This document shows, piece by piece, positions 12,346 to 24,653 of a stretch of 64,000 bases of DNA. The stretch is from Lama guanicoe (taxonomy: Eukaryota): the NCBI GenBank assembly GCA_013239625.1, contig MU054323.1, positions 682,001 to 746,000 of the forward strand, read 5' to 3'. The notes under the pieces are model-generated. The model did no database searches. It was not told the origin of the DNA and saw nothing but the letters and a program-made list of their open reading frames with translations. Every line of letters starts with the position of its first letter. The stretch's first letter is position 1. The position numbers and the translations under genes were made by a program.

Positions 12346-12714
12346 GGGCAGAGGCAGCGGGTGGAGTGGGAACATCCACCCCCTTGAATTCAGAAGAAGC
12401 GGGTTCGAGTCCAGGCTGCTCTACTTGCTGCCCATAGACTGTTGGACTTCACATGTCTGTGCTGTGCTTTCTCCCCTATAGAATGAGGAAACCACCCCAA
12501 CCATCCTACTCCCCAAAGTCTGTAGTGAGAGATTGACCACCAATGTGTTTTATCAATTCTAAGAATCATGGTCATGGTCACTATCCGAAAGCGCTCCTTA
12601 TTTCCCAACAATATAGGCTTTACCAAGTAGCTCTGCCCTCGGAGTAGCTGCATAATGTGACTGCTAACCCTACTGTGGATTTCTTTTTCTCACTGTTTCC
12701 AGAATCCTCGCACC

Positions 12715-12790
12715 TTTTTTATAAGTATTGTTGGTTTACAATGTTGTGTTAGCTTCTGGTGTATAGCATAGTGATTCAGTTATACATTCA

Positions 12791-12821
<31 letters not shown>

Positions 12822-13180
12822 CATACTTTTTCAAATTCTTTTCCATTACAGGTTATTACAAGCTATTGAATATAGTTACCTGTGCTACACAGTTGGACCT
12901 TGTTGTTTATCTATTTTATATACAGTAGTTTACATCTGCAAATCCCAAACTCCTAATTTACCCCCCAACTCTTTTCCCCTTTGGTAACCATAAGTGTGTT
13001 TTCTATGTCTGTGAGTCTATTTCTGTTTTGTAAACAAGTACATTGTGTCATTTTTTTTTTTAGATTCCACATATAAGTGATATCGTATGACATTTGTCTT
13101 TCTCTCTCTGACTTACTCCACTTAGTATGCTAGTCTCTAGGTCCATCCATGTTGCTGCAAATGGCATTATGTATTTCTTT
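12715..13180 (-). mobile_element. L1 LINE 3' end (artiodactyl/camelid type) containing (GT)n at 12791-12818
   Basis: T-rich antisense tail, TTTACAATGTTGTGTTAGCTTCTGGTGTATAGCATAGTGATTCAG, TTAGATTCCACATATAAGTGA, CCATCCATGTTGCTGCAAATGGCATTAT. Confidence 0.9.
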
Positions 13181-13320
13181 AATGTACATGCCTAGTGATG
13201 AAATTGCTGATAGATAAGGCTTCCGCATCTTTGGACCTGATAAAGTGAAACAGCTATTCTGCTGGGGATGTGGGTTCCTCCCGATGACCAGCAGAGCCAC
13301 CACCGTAATCTGACGAGGCT
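13181..13320 (-). mobile_element. Older L1M fragment
   Basis: TACATGCCTAGTGATGAAATTGCTGATAGATAAGG...ACCAGCAG resembles antisense L1 ORF2 end / 3'UTR. Confidence 0.5.
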
Positions 13321-13329
13321 ATCCTATTG

Positions 13330-14138
13330 TGGCTACTTGTAAATCCACAACCCTGTAAGTCTTCGTTGGTGGAGATAAACATTCTAAGGATGAGAGTTCT
13401 TAAAATAGGAAAGTGGACCAGGTGGGAAGGCCTTAAACAGACAAATAATCCCTCCCTTTTTTCCATTCCTCCTCCTCTTGGATCTAGACTTCTCAAGTTA
13501 TAGCAACAGGACAATTTGAGACAACAGCTGCCAACCAGGGGTGAGAAGGTCCGGATCCTGACTTTCACTAATTTGCATCCAGGTGCCTCTTCACATGATC
13601 AGGGCTGTCTCCCTGATCTGGACTGAGACTGTCCAATGAAGATCTTTACAGACCATGCTTGTCTTGGAGCCAGGTTTTGTCTTCATTTAAGGCACTCAGC
13701 TGTCTGCTTCTTCTCCCACATATTGGGATAGTGTTTTGTTCTTCCAGCTCTGCCAACTCCTTATTACCAGGTGTACAATCCACGTGGGAGAACTCCTTCC
13801 TCCCTCCATAAAGGCAAATGTCCTTCTAACATGGCTCAGTTGAAGACTTTTATATTTCCTATAAGACCAAATGGAAGGCCACAGGACATAGCCATTACTT
13901 CTGTGAATTTTTATGTCACCTTCTCTAAAGCGATAGCTTTGAATATGCATGATGATCTTTCCAAAGTGTGAGTTAGTTGGTTTCACTAAAGTTTTCAAAT
14001 GCAAAGCCAGAGATGGCTAACTTCCCAGCCTGACCTAGAAGAGTCTTATCATTATTTTTTATCCACTCCAACAGTTGTGCCAACTCCCCATTTAAAGATC
14101 TGTTATTTTAAGAACTCCCACTTCATGCTGCCTAATTC
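13330..14138 (-). mobile_element. MaLR (MLT1-int) internal sequence
   Basis: Minus strand from 14138 begins GAATTAGGCAGCATGAAGTGGGAGTTCTTAAAATAACAGATC...CTTTGGAAAGATCATCATGC...GCTTTAGAGAAGGTG, matching the recalled MLT1-int 5' end. It directly abuts an LTR terminus. Confidence 0.7.
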
Positions 14139-15315
14139 TGTATCAGTTAGGACTTTTTAGAAGAATCACGCCCCTTCCTTCCTCCCCCAGCAAACATAAC
14201 ACCTTTTTATTTTAAATCATTTGCAATCTCCCCTTTATTATTCTGTGATTGAATTCATAGATAGATTAACCACCTATCATATAATTAAGAAAAAACATCA
14301 TGCCTAACAGCAATTTAGTGAAGAAATAAAAAGAAAGTAATTTATAATAAAAAAGTGTCCATTTTAATATGTAGAAGCTGTCTCAAACTACACTAGTATA
14401 CCTGAGGGAGTTGTCACAAGTTTAGGCCACTAGATAGAATCACCATGAATGTAAGCTATAAATGCAGACTAATAAAGGAGTAGTGTGTTGACAACTCAAG
14501 CCCCATAAGTACCATTACCATTGATGACATGATTTTCTGAAAAGATGAGCAAATCTTGGATGTGTTTCAAGCAAAACTACAATCTTTCCTTGACAACCAT
14601 AAAAAATTTGATGTGTAATAAAACCACACACAAGTAGTTTACGTTGTGTGTATGTAAAACAGAGTGAGCGTCTAGGCTCAGAGAACAATAAATAGGTGTG
14701 TCACCTGCTTGGAAGTCCAATGAGTTATTTAAAAATTGTGCGAGATCAGGGAAGATTCTTTGTCATGCAATCCTATCTCACAAATTCCATCTAACTTCTT
14801 TGGGTTCCATACATCAAAAGCCAGGCTCACCTCCCAGTTACTCTGACAACAAAAACATTCTTACAATTTTCCAAAATGGTGCCCAGTGAGAAACAGCCAT
14901 AGGTCAACTCAAACTAACTTAAATTTGAAGGGAGTGGCTATGATTTTCTTTCAGTTCTTCTCTCTGCAACAATTTCAGCCTCAATCAAGCAGCAAGATGG
15001 GTGCAATAGTCCTGGGACCCTCTTCAGTACAAAACCTCATCCAGAGGGAGAGACACCACATGTTCCGGTGATGCTTGATAGTGAACAAACTACTTTGGCA
15101 GAAGCACCAGGAAATATCTCTTAGGTCTCATCGGGCCAAGTTGGAGCCTTACAACTCCTGAACCGATCAGTAGAATTACTTTAACAAATCAGACCCATTC
15201 CCAGAATTGGGAGTGTGGTCAGCTCTCTTTGAAGCACAGAGGTAGATGGAGGAAAAAAAGTGAGGAATGAAGGAAGAAATGGATTCTGGGTAGGCAATTA
15301 AAAATGCCCCCTGCG
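14139..15315 (-). mobile_element. MLT1J/K-like MaLR LTR, interrupted by a hAT element
   Basis: TGTATCAGTTAGGAC terminus at 14139. The LTR resumes at ~14900 with CAACTCAAACTAACTTAA...CAAGATGG...GGTCTCATCGGGCCAAG...CTCCTGAACCGATCA...GGATTCTGGGTAGGC. Confidence 0.7.
14165..14898. mobile_element. MER20B-like hAT-Charlie DNA transposon
   Basis: AAGAAATAAAAAGAAAGTAATTTATAATAAAA, TAGAATCACCATGAATG, GCTATAAATGCAGACT, TCTAGGCTCAGA and the end TGACAACAAAAACATTC...TTCCAAAATG...TGAGAAAC match the recalled MER20B consensus. Confidence 0.7.
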
Positions 15316-15859
15316 TATTTGCAGGGTTGAGGATTGTTTTTATCTGGGGAGATTCTAGGCTTGTTTGTGCTTTGAATGACCACCTGGGCCAGAGGTTACA
15401 TGTATGTGGTGTGTGATGGATTCCAAAGGCGTAGTAGTTGAGGAGGAGAGGCGGGAGCCCGGGAAAGGAGGAGGCGGGCGCCACAAGCCTGGGCGAGCTG
15501 CCTCGTAAGAGGATCAAAGCTCTGTGAGATCCCTCTGCCAAAGCTTTTGCAGTGTGTGACAAGAACCCAGGTGAGAGAGAGGTGTGAGTGGAAACTGAAA
15601 GAGACCCCTTGATTTCCTGAGGAAACTCACCTGTTTGGCAATGACTTTGCTCTGCAAGTTCTCCGCCTGCATCCACATGTCCTCATCAACCCCAAACTCA
15701 CAGGAAAGCAGGATGGTTGTGAAATTTTTGGCATGTGCAGGTAACTCAAGTTCAGCATGAGAGGTTATGCAGTACTGTTTGGCATCGAAATCAACATTTT
15801 GGATTCCTTCCTCCCCTTTGCTCTGCTCTCAGGCTCATCTCTGGTCCTCCCGTCCTATC

Positions 15860-16070
15860 TGGATAGTCGCTCACGACTCACCTAGTAATGACCTCCACTA
15901 CTGCCTCCCCACCCCCAACTCTGCCTTCAGCCTTTTCCACCCAATTCCCCTCACTTGTTACATCCAACTAGGTTTTCTTAAAACAAAGCTCTTAGCTTTT
16001 ATTCCCCCTGCTCAGACAGTTTCAGTGGATGCTCATTGTTGACAGCATTAACTACAAATTCTCATCCTGG
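15860..16070 (+). mobile_element. L2 fragment
   Basis: TTTTCTTAAAACAAAGCTC...TTCCCCCTGCTCAGACAGTTTCAGTGGATGCTCATTG. Confidence 0.55.
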
Positions 16071-16616
16071 GTGTCCAGAGTCTGGCCAAACCCAAAAGAG
16101 CTCTAAGTACCGGTCAGCAGTTTGGCAAACACGTATGGCTCTCCACCAGACATTGGGCAAGGCATCAGAACTGCTGGGCATGACTTTTCACCACTCTTTT
16201 TCTTATAGTCTATATTTTAAACCAAATCTTTTCCATCCATCAAAACTTGTGGACTAAGGGCTCTTCTTGAAGTACTTGGGTTGCATCTCTCTCATGGCAT
16301 CAGCATTACGGTTATTTGTATTCCTGACTGAGAGTCCAACATTCTAGACTACGGGTCAGTCATTGATGAATTTCATCATCTCCCTCTGAAAATCCTAGTA
16401 CCTGGCTTCTGTTGGGGTAAAAGGTTACTCCCTGAGTATCACGTGTAGTTCTAGGACTATGAAAATGCATTCCACCCCTCTGGTCTCCACCTCATTGAAA
16501 GCAGAAGAAAGAAACTGACTGTCTTCACAATCCACACATTTTATTTTGAATGAATCACTTGTCAGTCTTGATGCTGATTCTCCAATGTTTAACATATTAA
16601 AAAAAAAAACTCCCAT

Positions 16617-17000
16617 TCTTTTTTTTTCTTTCTTTTTTCTTTTTTTCTTTTCCTGCCTGTTGTAGATTTGGAACTCATGCTATCACCAGCCTGAAACAAC
16701 AACTGTAAATATTTTGATATGTGTCCTTTAAGTCTTTTATCCTAACTAATATTTTTAGTTCAGAAATTGCATAGAAAATAAATATTTTTATCTTGCTTTC
16801 TTTACTTGATATTATACCATATTTTTCCTGCCAGTAATATTTTCCAGGAATATTTTACTCATTGTCCTTTCTGCTACCATAAACAACAGTGTAATGAACA
16901 TCTTTGTGTACAAAGCCTATTTTGTGGTTGTTTCCTAAAGCTATAATTCCAGAATTGCAATAGCTGGGGCAAAGGGGTGTAAGCACTTTATGATCCTAAA
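16617..17000 (-). mobile_element. L1M (L1ME-like) 3' fragment
   Basis: T-rich start and CTACCATAAACAACAGTGTAATGAACATCTTTGTGTAC...TTCCAGAATTGCAATAGCTGGGGCAAAGG. Confidence 0.7.
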
Positions 17001-18109
17001 TTCCTACCTCAGCTTGGCTTTTAAATATACATTTAAAGGGAAGGCCATGTGCAAAGGTGACCACTCAGCAGAGATCTGAGGGGGAGTCTCCAAATTCCAC
17101 CATCCCTGCCTGATTTATTTTGTGACTATGTGAATGTTTGCCTTTGCCTTCTTCTCAATTTCAAGAAAAAACACAAGACACTGAAATTGGATTCAGAGTC
17201 AACCTCTCCCTCTCACTTATACAAGTATGCTTTCTTGACATGAGAGGGTGAGAACTTTAAATCTCTCTCTGGAAAAACATGCAATGAAATTGGAGATGGT
17301 GGGGCCCCAGACCGAGAGTCATCTTTGAATGGATGTGTTTTTCAAATGCTTTGGGAAGACTGAAAATCCTAACAAAATAAAATCAAGACCAATCCCCCAT
17401 AGTTGAGTTCCTTAGCAAAAAACCTTATGTCTCTAATACTGAGGTAGCTATGTCCAAATGCAAAACACAGACAGACGGTTTTTGCCCTGAGTTATAAAAG
17501 AGTGATTTCTGTTGAAGGTCACTTTGCTTAGGAAGAAAAATAAAAAAAAAACAAAGACTAGCACTTAGCAGGGAGGCCCCTGAGACTGGTGCACCTCTGC
17601 CAAGGACCTTCGATACGAGTGGCCCGGGAGACCGTCCACCTCACCCCAGAGCAGGTCATGGCCCTGGTTACTGAGGGAGGAAGATAAGAGTTGGAATAGA
17701 ATGAAAGAGTGAAGCTGATTTTTTTAAACCCTCTGAATTCTAAAATTAGAACCCTCCTAAACAAATTTTAAACATCAGTAAGAAGTAACTGGACCCTTAA
17801 GGCAGCATCTCTCCATCTATACAATGCCTGCAAGTGTCTCTTTGTCCTCAAAGTGGGCTGTCTGAAGGGGAGAGTCAGATGCACCCAAGATTCACAGAAG
17901 GAGCTGGGCAGGTTGGTAACTCCTCTCAAGCTAGACATCTTCAATGTAACTAACAAAGGAGGAGTACGGGGAAGGGAGTGTCCCCTTCCCCCACCCACCA
18001 CTGAGCAGGACACTTTATAGGAAGTGAGGGTCTGGAGACAGTGATGACTCTTTTATCCTGTCAGAAGGCTCAAGGAAGGCCATGCAGAAGTCTTCTAGTT
18101 CTGGTCTGG

Positions 18110-19032
18110 TGTTTGACTCTGATATGTCTGTATCCACCACACGTCCCCTCCACGGACCCACAGACATTGCAAATTCAACATGTCCGGAGCTGAACTTTTC
18201 TCCTGGAATGGTTCCTTCCCTTGGTCTATATCTCAGCAAATGGTTTTATCAAGTTTCTCTTTACTCAACCCAGAACCCTGGGTGCCTATCTCCTCCTTAT
18301 GCCTTATCATTTCTCCCTTCCCAAGGCTGAGGTCTTCTGCTCTATATCCAGTCTCCAGTGTGGTTTCTCATTTATACTTTTGCAAACATTCCCAGTTGGT
18401 TTCCCATCTCCCTCTCTCTCCCACGTCCCCTGCCCATTCTCTGTCCTGCCGTTACTCTCCCTTCCATTATCCACACTAATGCCAGAATCATCTCCCCGAA
18501 ACCAATTCGTCAGGTTACTCCTCTGTTTAAAATATTCCGAGGCTTCCCAAGGTTTTCAGAAGGAAAAGCAAGCCTAGCACAGCAGGCTTGATTTCTCAAG
18601 TCTTCCACAGAGCTCTTCCTTGGTTTCTCAAGTCTTCCATATTCCACCTCAAGTTCTCTATTTTGCACATAATATATTCTCCAGATATGCCAGACTCTTT
18701 CAAATGTTCATCCTTTGAAATTAAGTAATGCTTCTGACTGACTGACTGAGATGCTCTTCTTCCAGACTTTTTAACCTAAGTTCACTGCCAGACTCATCTA
18801 CAATGTCAGTGACCTGCTCTTTCTGACCCCAAGGCACCCTACACAGGACCCTGTTACAGCACCCATCGATCGCCGTGCGTTGAAATGATCAGTCTCCCAG
18901 CTTGTCTTTCTCACTGAAGTATGAATCCCTTAAGGACAGGAACTGTCTCTTTCACATCTGCATATCCTAAGTTTATTAAGTGGTCCTAGGCATGTAATAT
19001 CTATTTAGTCAATTGAAAGAAAGAATGAATAA
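18110..19032 (+). mobile_element. L2 LINE ~0.9 kb 3' fragment
   Basis: CAAATTCAACATGTCC...CCAGAACCCTGGGTG...GTTACTCCTCTGTTTAAAATATTCC...TATGAATCCCTTAAGGACAGGAACTGTCTC...GAATGAAT tail. Confidence 0.8.
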
Positions 19033-19149
19033 GCTAAACAATGGAAAAGAATTCTGTCCTGTGGGCTGGCTCTTTGGCTAAACCATTTGACATGTGTCTT
19101 AACTTCTCTGCATGAGAACTTTTGAGTAGATCTTCAAAAGCTGAGAATA

Positions 19150-19230
19150 GTATATGTGTAGGTATGTGTATAAATGTGTGTGTAGCTATGTGTATGAGTG
19201 TGTGCATGTATGTGCACACGTGCATCTGTG
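19150..19230. repeat. (TG/TATG) low-complexity repeat
   Basis: Direct reading of the sequence. Confidence 0.75.
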
Positions 19231-20859
19231 TAACTGGATGCCTTAGTCTGGGCTGATTATAGGCATTATTTTGGGGAAGATAGCTTATGGTAGGGTGTTT
19301 AGGAAATAGAAATGAATGCTCCATGACAAATGTGACGCTTCCTATGGGATAAGACCAAATTCAGATACAGAAGACTCAGGATGGAGAATTTTGGCTTGTA
19401 ACTTGAGTCTATAGATGAATGTGCTCTTGATGTACAAAGTGGTACCAATTTTCTGTAGAATAGGTCTTGTCTCTTATATGAATTAATATGTAGGTTCCCA
19501 GGGTGACTTTTCCAATATTGTATATTCAACAATTCAATTAGTCATTCCCAAGTGAAGCATTCTAATTGATTATTTTCCAGTCTCTGTTGGTGATAAAGAT
19601 AATGGATGTTTTTGTGGAGTAAATTGGCTTCGTTGCTTAATATCTGCTTCTTGATGTCACTGCCCAGCAAATAAATGGTGAAGCATATTGCTATAAATAG
19701 CATGATGGCTGGCAGAGGGGGAAAAAAAATAGCAGTGTTTCCTGACAGTGCAAATTTCACACTGTTTTAATTACCACAAACGTTCACTCCTATCTCGGAG
19801 AGCTGGGCAGGAAGCTGGGAATAACTGAACATTTGTAGACACGGCTAAAATGACAAGCCTGGGATGAGACCCACGCCAGTGTGGCCACGGTCCCCATGAC
19901 ACCCTCTGGGAACTGAATCAGCCAGACGAAATGTGTCCTGCTATTTGTGCTGCTGCTGCTTCACAGAAAAAGAGGGACACCTGTCTCCCTAAAATAAACA
20001 GTTTGGGAAGAAAACTAAAGTAAAAGACAGAGTGTTGGAATTTTGCTATTCAGGCAAACACCTACTGGCACTCACAGTTCACGAGTTAGGCAGTGTTAGA
20101 GAAATAACAGGGACAAGTTTCCCTGAAGACGTTCTCTGAATGCTAGACCCGCTGTCTCCCTCGGCTGCGCACTCAGGCCTCTCTCCCAGGTGGCCTGAAT
20201 CTCTTCCCAACCCCATTTCCTCAACAAGCCCTGTCTTCCCTCTGAACTTTCCCACTCAGCCCTGTTACCTGGGACCACCTCTCCTCTTCCCTGAACTCTA
20301 CACATTTCCTGGCTCTCCTGAAATCCCACTTCAACAAGAGAATGGTGTGAAAATGTATTTATTGCAGTGCTAGAGGTCCTATTCTTGGACCTTTGGTCAA
20401 TTTTGAATTTGGGGTGAGAATCCCTGGCTCAAAACCAGATATCTCAACAGCGCTTTGTGGCAATAGAAGGAGCACGCATTGACACAGTCATTCATAATTT
20501 GTGCCAACTTCTCTTACACCTTTCCCACGTGAGGGTAAATCTCATTGGATTTAGAACCAGGAAAATTGGAAACAACAATATCTTATAATTACCCAGAGGA
20601 GTTTCAAGGCTTAAGCAGGCAGAAGAAAAGGAAAAATGTTCACTTCCCATAGTGATAAAGATGTAATTTCTTACAAAGGATAGAAGGTAAGCTTTCAGGG
20701 CTTAGAAGAGACCAGGGGCGGGTTGGCAAACGCCCAAGGACCCAGCCAGTGCTGCAGCTCCTTAAAGTAAGAGGTAGTGGCCTTTTTCACCCATCATAGA
20801 CCAGGCATTCAATGAATATTAATTGATTGAACAGATGAACATGCAAACTAAATAAATGA

Positions 20860-21125
20860 TGCAAAAATGTGCAGGATGGATCGAAAAAACATTACTCAAA
20901 GTTTAATTGGAAGTTAAGTTTAATGAAAGTCACCAATGTGGCCTGGCAACCAAAGTCCATGCCACAATACCATGTTTCAGTACCAGAGAGGTCTCCATGC
21001 TAAGGAAAGCACTTCGTGGTCCTACTCAGTTTTGCACTCCAACAAGATTACGTACCATGGTTAGCATGTTGTAGAAGATACGTTCTAAGTGGTCCAAGAG
21101 GTAAACCCTAAGACCATGTTGGTGG
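20860..21125 (+). mobile_element. L3/CR1 LINE 3' ORF2 fragment
   Basis: GAAAAAAC...TTAATTGGAAGTTAAGTTTAATGAAAGTCACCAATGTGGCCTGGCAACCAAAG...CAGTTTTGCACTCC...AGCATGTTGTAGAAG resembles the L3 consensus (EKDLGV...KLNMSQQC...QFWAP). Confidence 0.55.
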
Positions 21126-21177
21126 AAATACAGCCAGACATCAGCTTTATATAAAGAACTGCATATGGGAACTCAAT

Positions 21178-21956
21178 AGTGAAAGGAGTGGACTGTCCTA
21201 GTTACCAAATTGCCTCTTAGTTTCAAATTCCCTCTTTTTGCTTGCTCTTCGGCAATGGAGCTGAGCTCTTTAAATATTTTTCCTTTGCTAACTAACTAAG
21301 GAAATGAATGTTAAGCTTTGTCATTAGAGGAGAGTGGAGAGACACTGCAGGAAGGATGTCTGCTCCCCGTTCCAATGTGCTTGCTCCGCAGTCTTCTGCA
21401 GTGCACGTGACCTCAGGTACCAGGCTCCTGCGTGCACGCAGCTTCCCCAGCACTGAACTCCTGGAGCATGGTAGCTTTCTTAGCATCATGCTAAGGCTTT
21501 TACAACATGCACAGATTCTTTGGTGCATGATGGCCAGCACATGGTGGTTGGCACCCCATGGCACTCCTAACCTCGAGTGGTTTTATAGCAAAGTGCCTGC
21601 AATGAAATGTCTCCCCATGAACAGCTTTCCGTCACACCCTAGGGGGCAGATTTCCAGCAAGTTTCACTAGGATGACACCACAGCAACTTTTCTTCTATCC
21701 TGTGAGGCCTGGACTCTCCAACAAGGTCTCGACCTTGGCCCTGGGGAACCTTTCCCTTAGCCATGCTGAGTCCTAGGCAGAGTGGCTGCTTCTTATGTTT
21801 TCTATTCCTATAATCTCTGGTGTGCTCTTTCCTTTTTACTGGCCAGTCTCTCAGTACCACGATCCTCCGTTCTAATCTAATACTTCCTTATATTAGATTT
21901 TCCGTGTTTGAATTACTGTGTGGCTTTGCCTTACTGATTGGGTCCTAACGGATACA
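21178..21956 (+). mobile_element. Solo LTR41/LTR41B-like ERVL LTR
   Basis: GCAATGGAGCTGAGCTCTTTAAATATTTTTCCTTTGC...ATGTTAAGCTTTGTCATTAGAGG...GACACTGCAGG, CAGATTTCCAGCAAG, and terminal CTGATTGGGTCCTAACGGATACA. Homologous to the copy at 53.9 kb. Confidence 0.8.
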
Positions 21957-22299
21957 ATGACTAGCAATTGCATTGAGTCCTGAGAAATGGGTAGAATTTA
22001 GGTAAGCATAGAGGAAGGAGAATGAATACTCAAGGCAGAATGAAGACATTAAGGTCCATAATTTTCAAGTTCATATTACTTTAAAAGAATGAAAGAACTA
22101 GCAGTAAATATACTTTATTGTGTATAAATTCCTTGAAGCAAAGACTATATCTTATTCTCCCTTAGGGTCTATAATATAATGTTTGATCAAAGTCTTCTGG
22201 ATGTTGACTGCTCAGTCTGTTTGACCACATCTGAGACCTGGGAAGAAAGATCAGTGCTCACTGCAGTGCTTCATGAAAAATCATAATATTAATAACAAA

Positions 22300-22545
22300 A
22301 AATAATAATGTTAGAAAAAAACATTGAGTAATAGTCTGTACCAGGCTTTTTACAAATGAGCTCATACATAAAGACGCTCAAAGTCTTTAAAAGATAAATA
22401 TTATTACTATACCTGAAGGACAGAGGGGTTACGTAACTTGTTTAAATTCACATTTAACTAATAAGTGGCCGAGTCAGCATTTAAACCGGAGAAGTCTGGC
22501 TCCAGATCCCCTGGCTTTCATCGCCACGTGCTACCACTTCCCATC
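22300..22545 (-). mobile_element. MIR SINE
   Basis: CTGAAGGACAGAGGGGTTACGTAACTTG...TAAGTGGCCGAGTCAGCATTTAAACC...GTCTGGCTCCAGA. Confidence 0.75.
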
Positions 22546-23144
22546 TCTGCATGGAGTTGTGATTATGCAATAATAAAGATCTTTCCATTCAAAATCCCAG
22601 GGGAACAAAAGATGGAGGTCCTTTGTACACACTGAAGAAGGAAACTTTCTCTTTGTAAATCAAGATGCCTTCCATCGAGCGTAAGGAAAAAGAAGAATTT
22701 CAAGACTCTACTGCTTGCAATATTGACTATTAAAATGTTCCATATATGAATTGGTACACTTTCTCACAAAGAGTTATACATCCTGGGCTTTTTCCCTCCA
22801 GAATATTTGAGTACTCACCTTTTTGCCTTTGTCTTTAAGGAGCCACGGTTTCGTGTGTTTGGGTTCTGTGATAGAAATCCCAAGAGCAGCAGACAGAACT
22901 CTTCTTGAACTTGGATCCCTGAAATGCCCTCTTCTCATTACATTCAAGACCTGCTTTGATTTCCTGGCCACACGATGAAGTCGTTGGAAACCCACGCTGG
23001 CCTACATCCAAGTTTTCCATTTCTACATGATTTGCTTTTATTCTGGAAAACCTGGAGTCCAGGACCCCTATTTCTCCTACAAGGAGATTCATGGCCCACA
23101 GGGCGCCACTTCGCCTAATCACACTGTTGAATTGCTTTGACCTG

Positions 23145-23500
23145 TAAAATCCTACACGTAGTGTTGCTTCTACCTGGAATGTTTCTTTTCCTGTTTTTCT
23201 CATCCTGCAAGACTCTACTCACTTAAGATGCCCTTCCTAAGACTTTTCCCAGCCCCTCAGAAGAATCAGAGTTCTTAGCTGTTCTCCCAGATCACCGGGC
23301 TACCATCTCTCTCTTAGGTCTTGCTATGTTCCCTTGGAATGAACACATGCCTGCCTCCCCTCCAGACCGGAAGCTCTTGGAAGGCAGAAGGCTGTTGCGT
23401 ATGCACATTTGTTTTCCCACAGCCTGACATAATCCCCAGGACTGAATAGTTGTTCAACAAACATTTGTTGCTTAAATAAATACAAGGATAAGTAAATGGA
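23145..23500 (+). mobile_element. L2 3' end
   Basis: CTTCTACCTGGAATGTTTC...CCAGACCGGAAGCTCTTGGAAGGCAG...TTCAACAAACATTTGTTG. Confidence 0.75.
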
Positions 23501-24427
23501 TTTATGGATTTGGAGAAATCATACCATCTCCTTTAATATGAGTCAGTGTGATTAGATAATGCCAAAGGTCCCTTCAAATCCTGGCATATTATGGGTATGA
23601 AATTCAGCAACTATTTTTATATTTTGCCCTGAAGTTGACTAAGAAACTTTTATTAATCCAAAGTTTTTGTTTTTGTTTTTTTAATCATTCCAAACATTTT
23701 AAACAACCACAACTCCAAAGAACTCAGGTAGAGAAGCTCTGTTGATCTCCACTTCAAAAGACTCATGGGCTCAAATGTTAATAAAACCCCTCTGCCTATA
23801 GGAAAACAGTCCACTGTAAAGTGTAAGAGAAAAGTCACATTGACTGTTGAACTATTTAAGCATTATTTGGGAGTATCCACCCCATCAACCACAGCTCTGG
23901 AAGTTCTCATACCAATCTGTCAATCAAGAGCATGGAGGAAACTGGGCACAAACAGAATAACATCCTCGAAGATTTTCTGTCTCTAAAGGAAGATTACCCT
24001 TTTCATTCCTCCTCAGTTTGAGAACTAACTGTATTGTATTATTTTCATTTTAACCTCATTGAACTATGAAATCATCCCTTTCTGAGAAGCATGCTCTTTC
24101 CCTGTGCTTGATCAAGAAGTTAAATGCATAGTTCACATTACAATCCCATTATCCAGAAGGGGTTTCTGCTCTTGAATTAGAGCCTGCAGTAACCGTCTCT
24201 CCTCTCCCTTCCGGATGCCAGGCATCGCACAACTTCCAATCATTGGATGACCAATGCCAAGGGAGGCAACGCCCCCATCTGGCCAGACAGAAGAAGCGAT
24301 ATGAAAATAATGATGAAATCAGGGTGTATTTATTGACTTCCTTTTATAGATGATGAAAAGAGACTCAAAGAGGTTAAGTAGGCAGCCCAAGATTACGAAT
24401 AAGTCTGTTCTAAAGTCCATACTTTTC

Positions 24428-24431
<4 letters not shown>

Positions 24432-24459
<28 letters not shown>
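24432..24459. repeat. (GT)n microsatellite
   Basis: Direct reading of the sequence. Confidence 0.9.
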
Positions 24460-24511
24460 CGGCAGAGGTGGGGGTATGGATAGAACACAAGCTAATTTAA
24501 AAATACAAAGT

Positions 24512-24653
24512 TTGGAGGGGGAGGGTATGGGGGGAGGGTATAGCTCAAGTGGCAGAATGCATGCTCACAATGCAGGAGGTCCTGGGTTCAATCCCTAGTA
24601 CCTCCTCTAAAAATAAATAAGTAAACCTAATGACCTCCCCCTCCAAAAAAAAA
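24512..24653 (+). mobile_element. Vic-1-type camelid SINE with duplicated 5' head
   Basis: GGGGGGAGGGTATAGCTCAAGTGGCAGAATGCATGC...GAGGTCCTGGGTTCAATCCCTAGTACCTCC plus tail. Perfect 13-bp TSD AAAAATACAAAGT (24499-24511, 24654-24666). Confidence 0.93.

Noticed and set aside
22819..23141. Minus-strand exon candidate (AG|GTGAGT donor at 22819) with ORFs 22774..22995 and 22835..23203
   Set aside because: The acceptor is weak and sits at the edge of an L2, and the peptides are unrecognisable.
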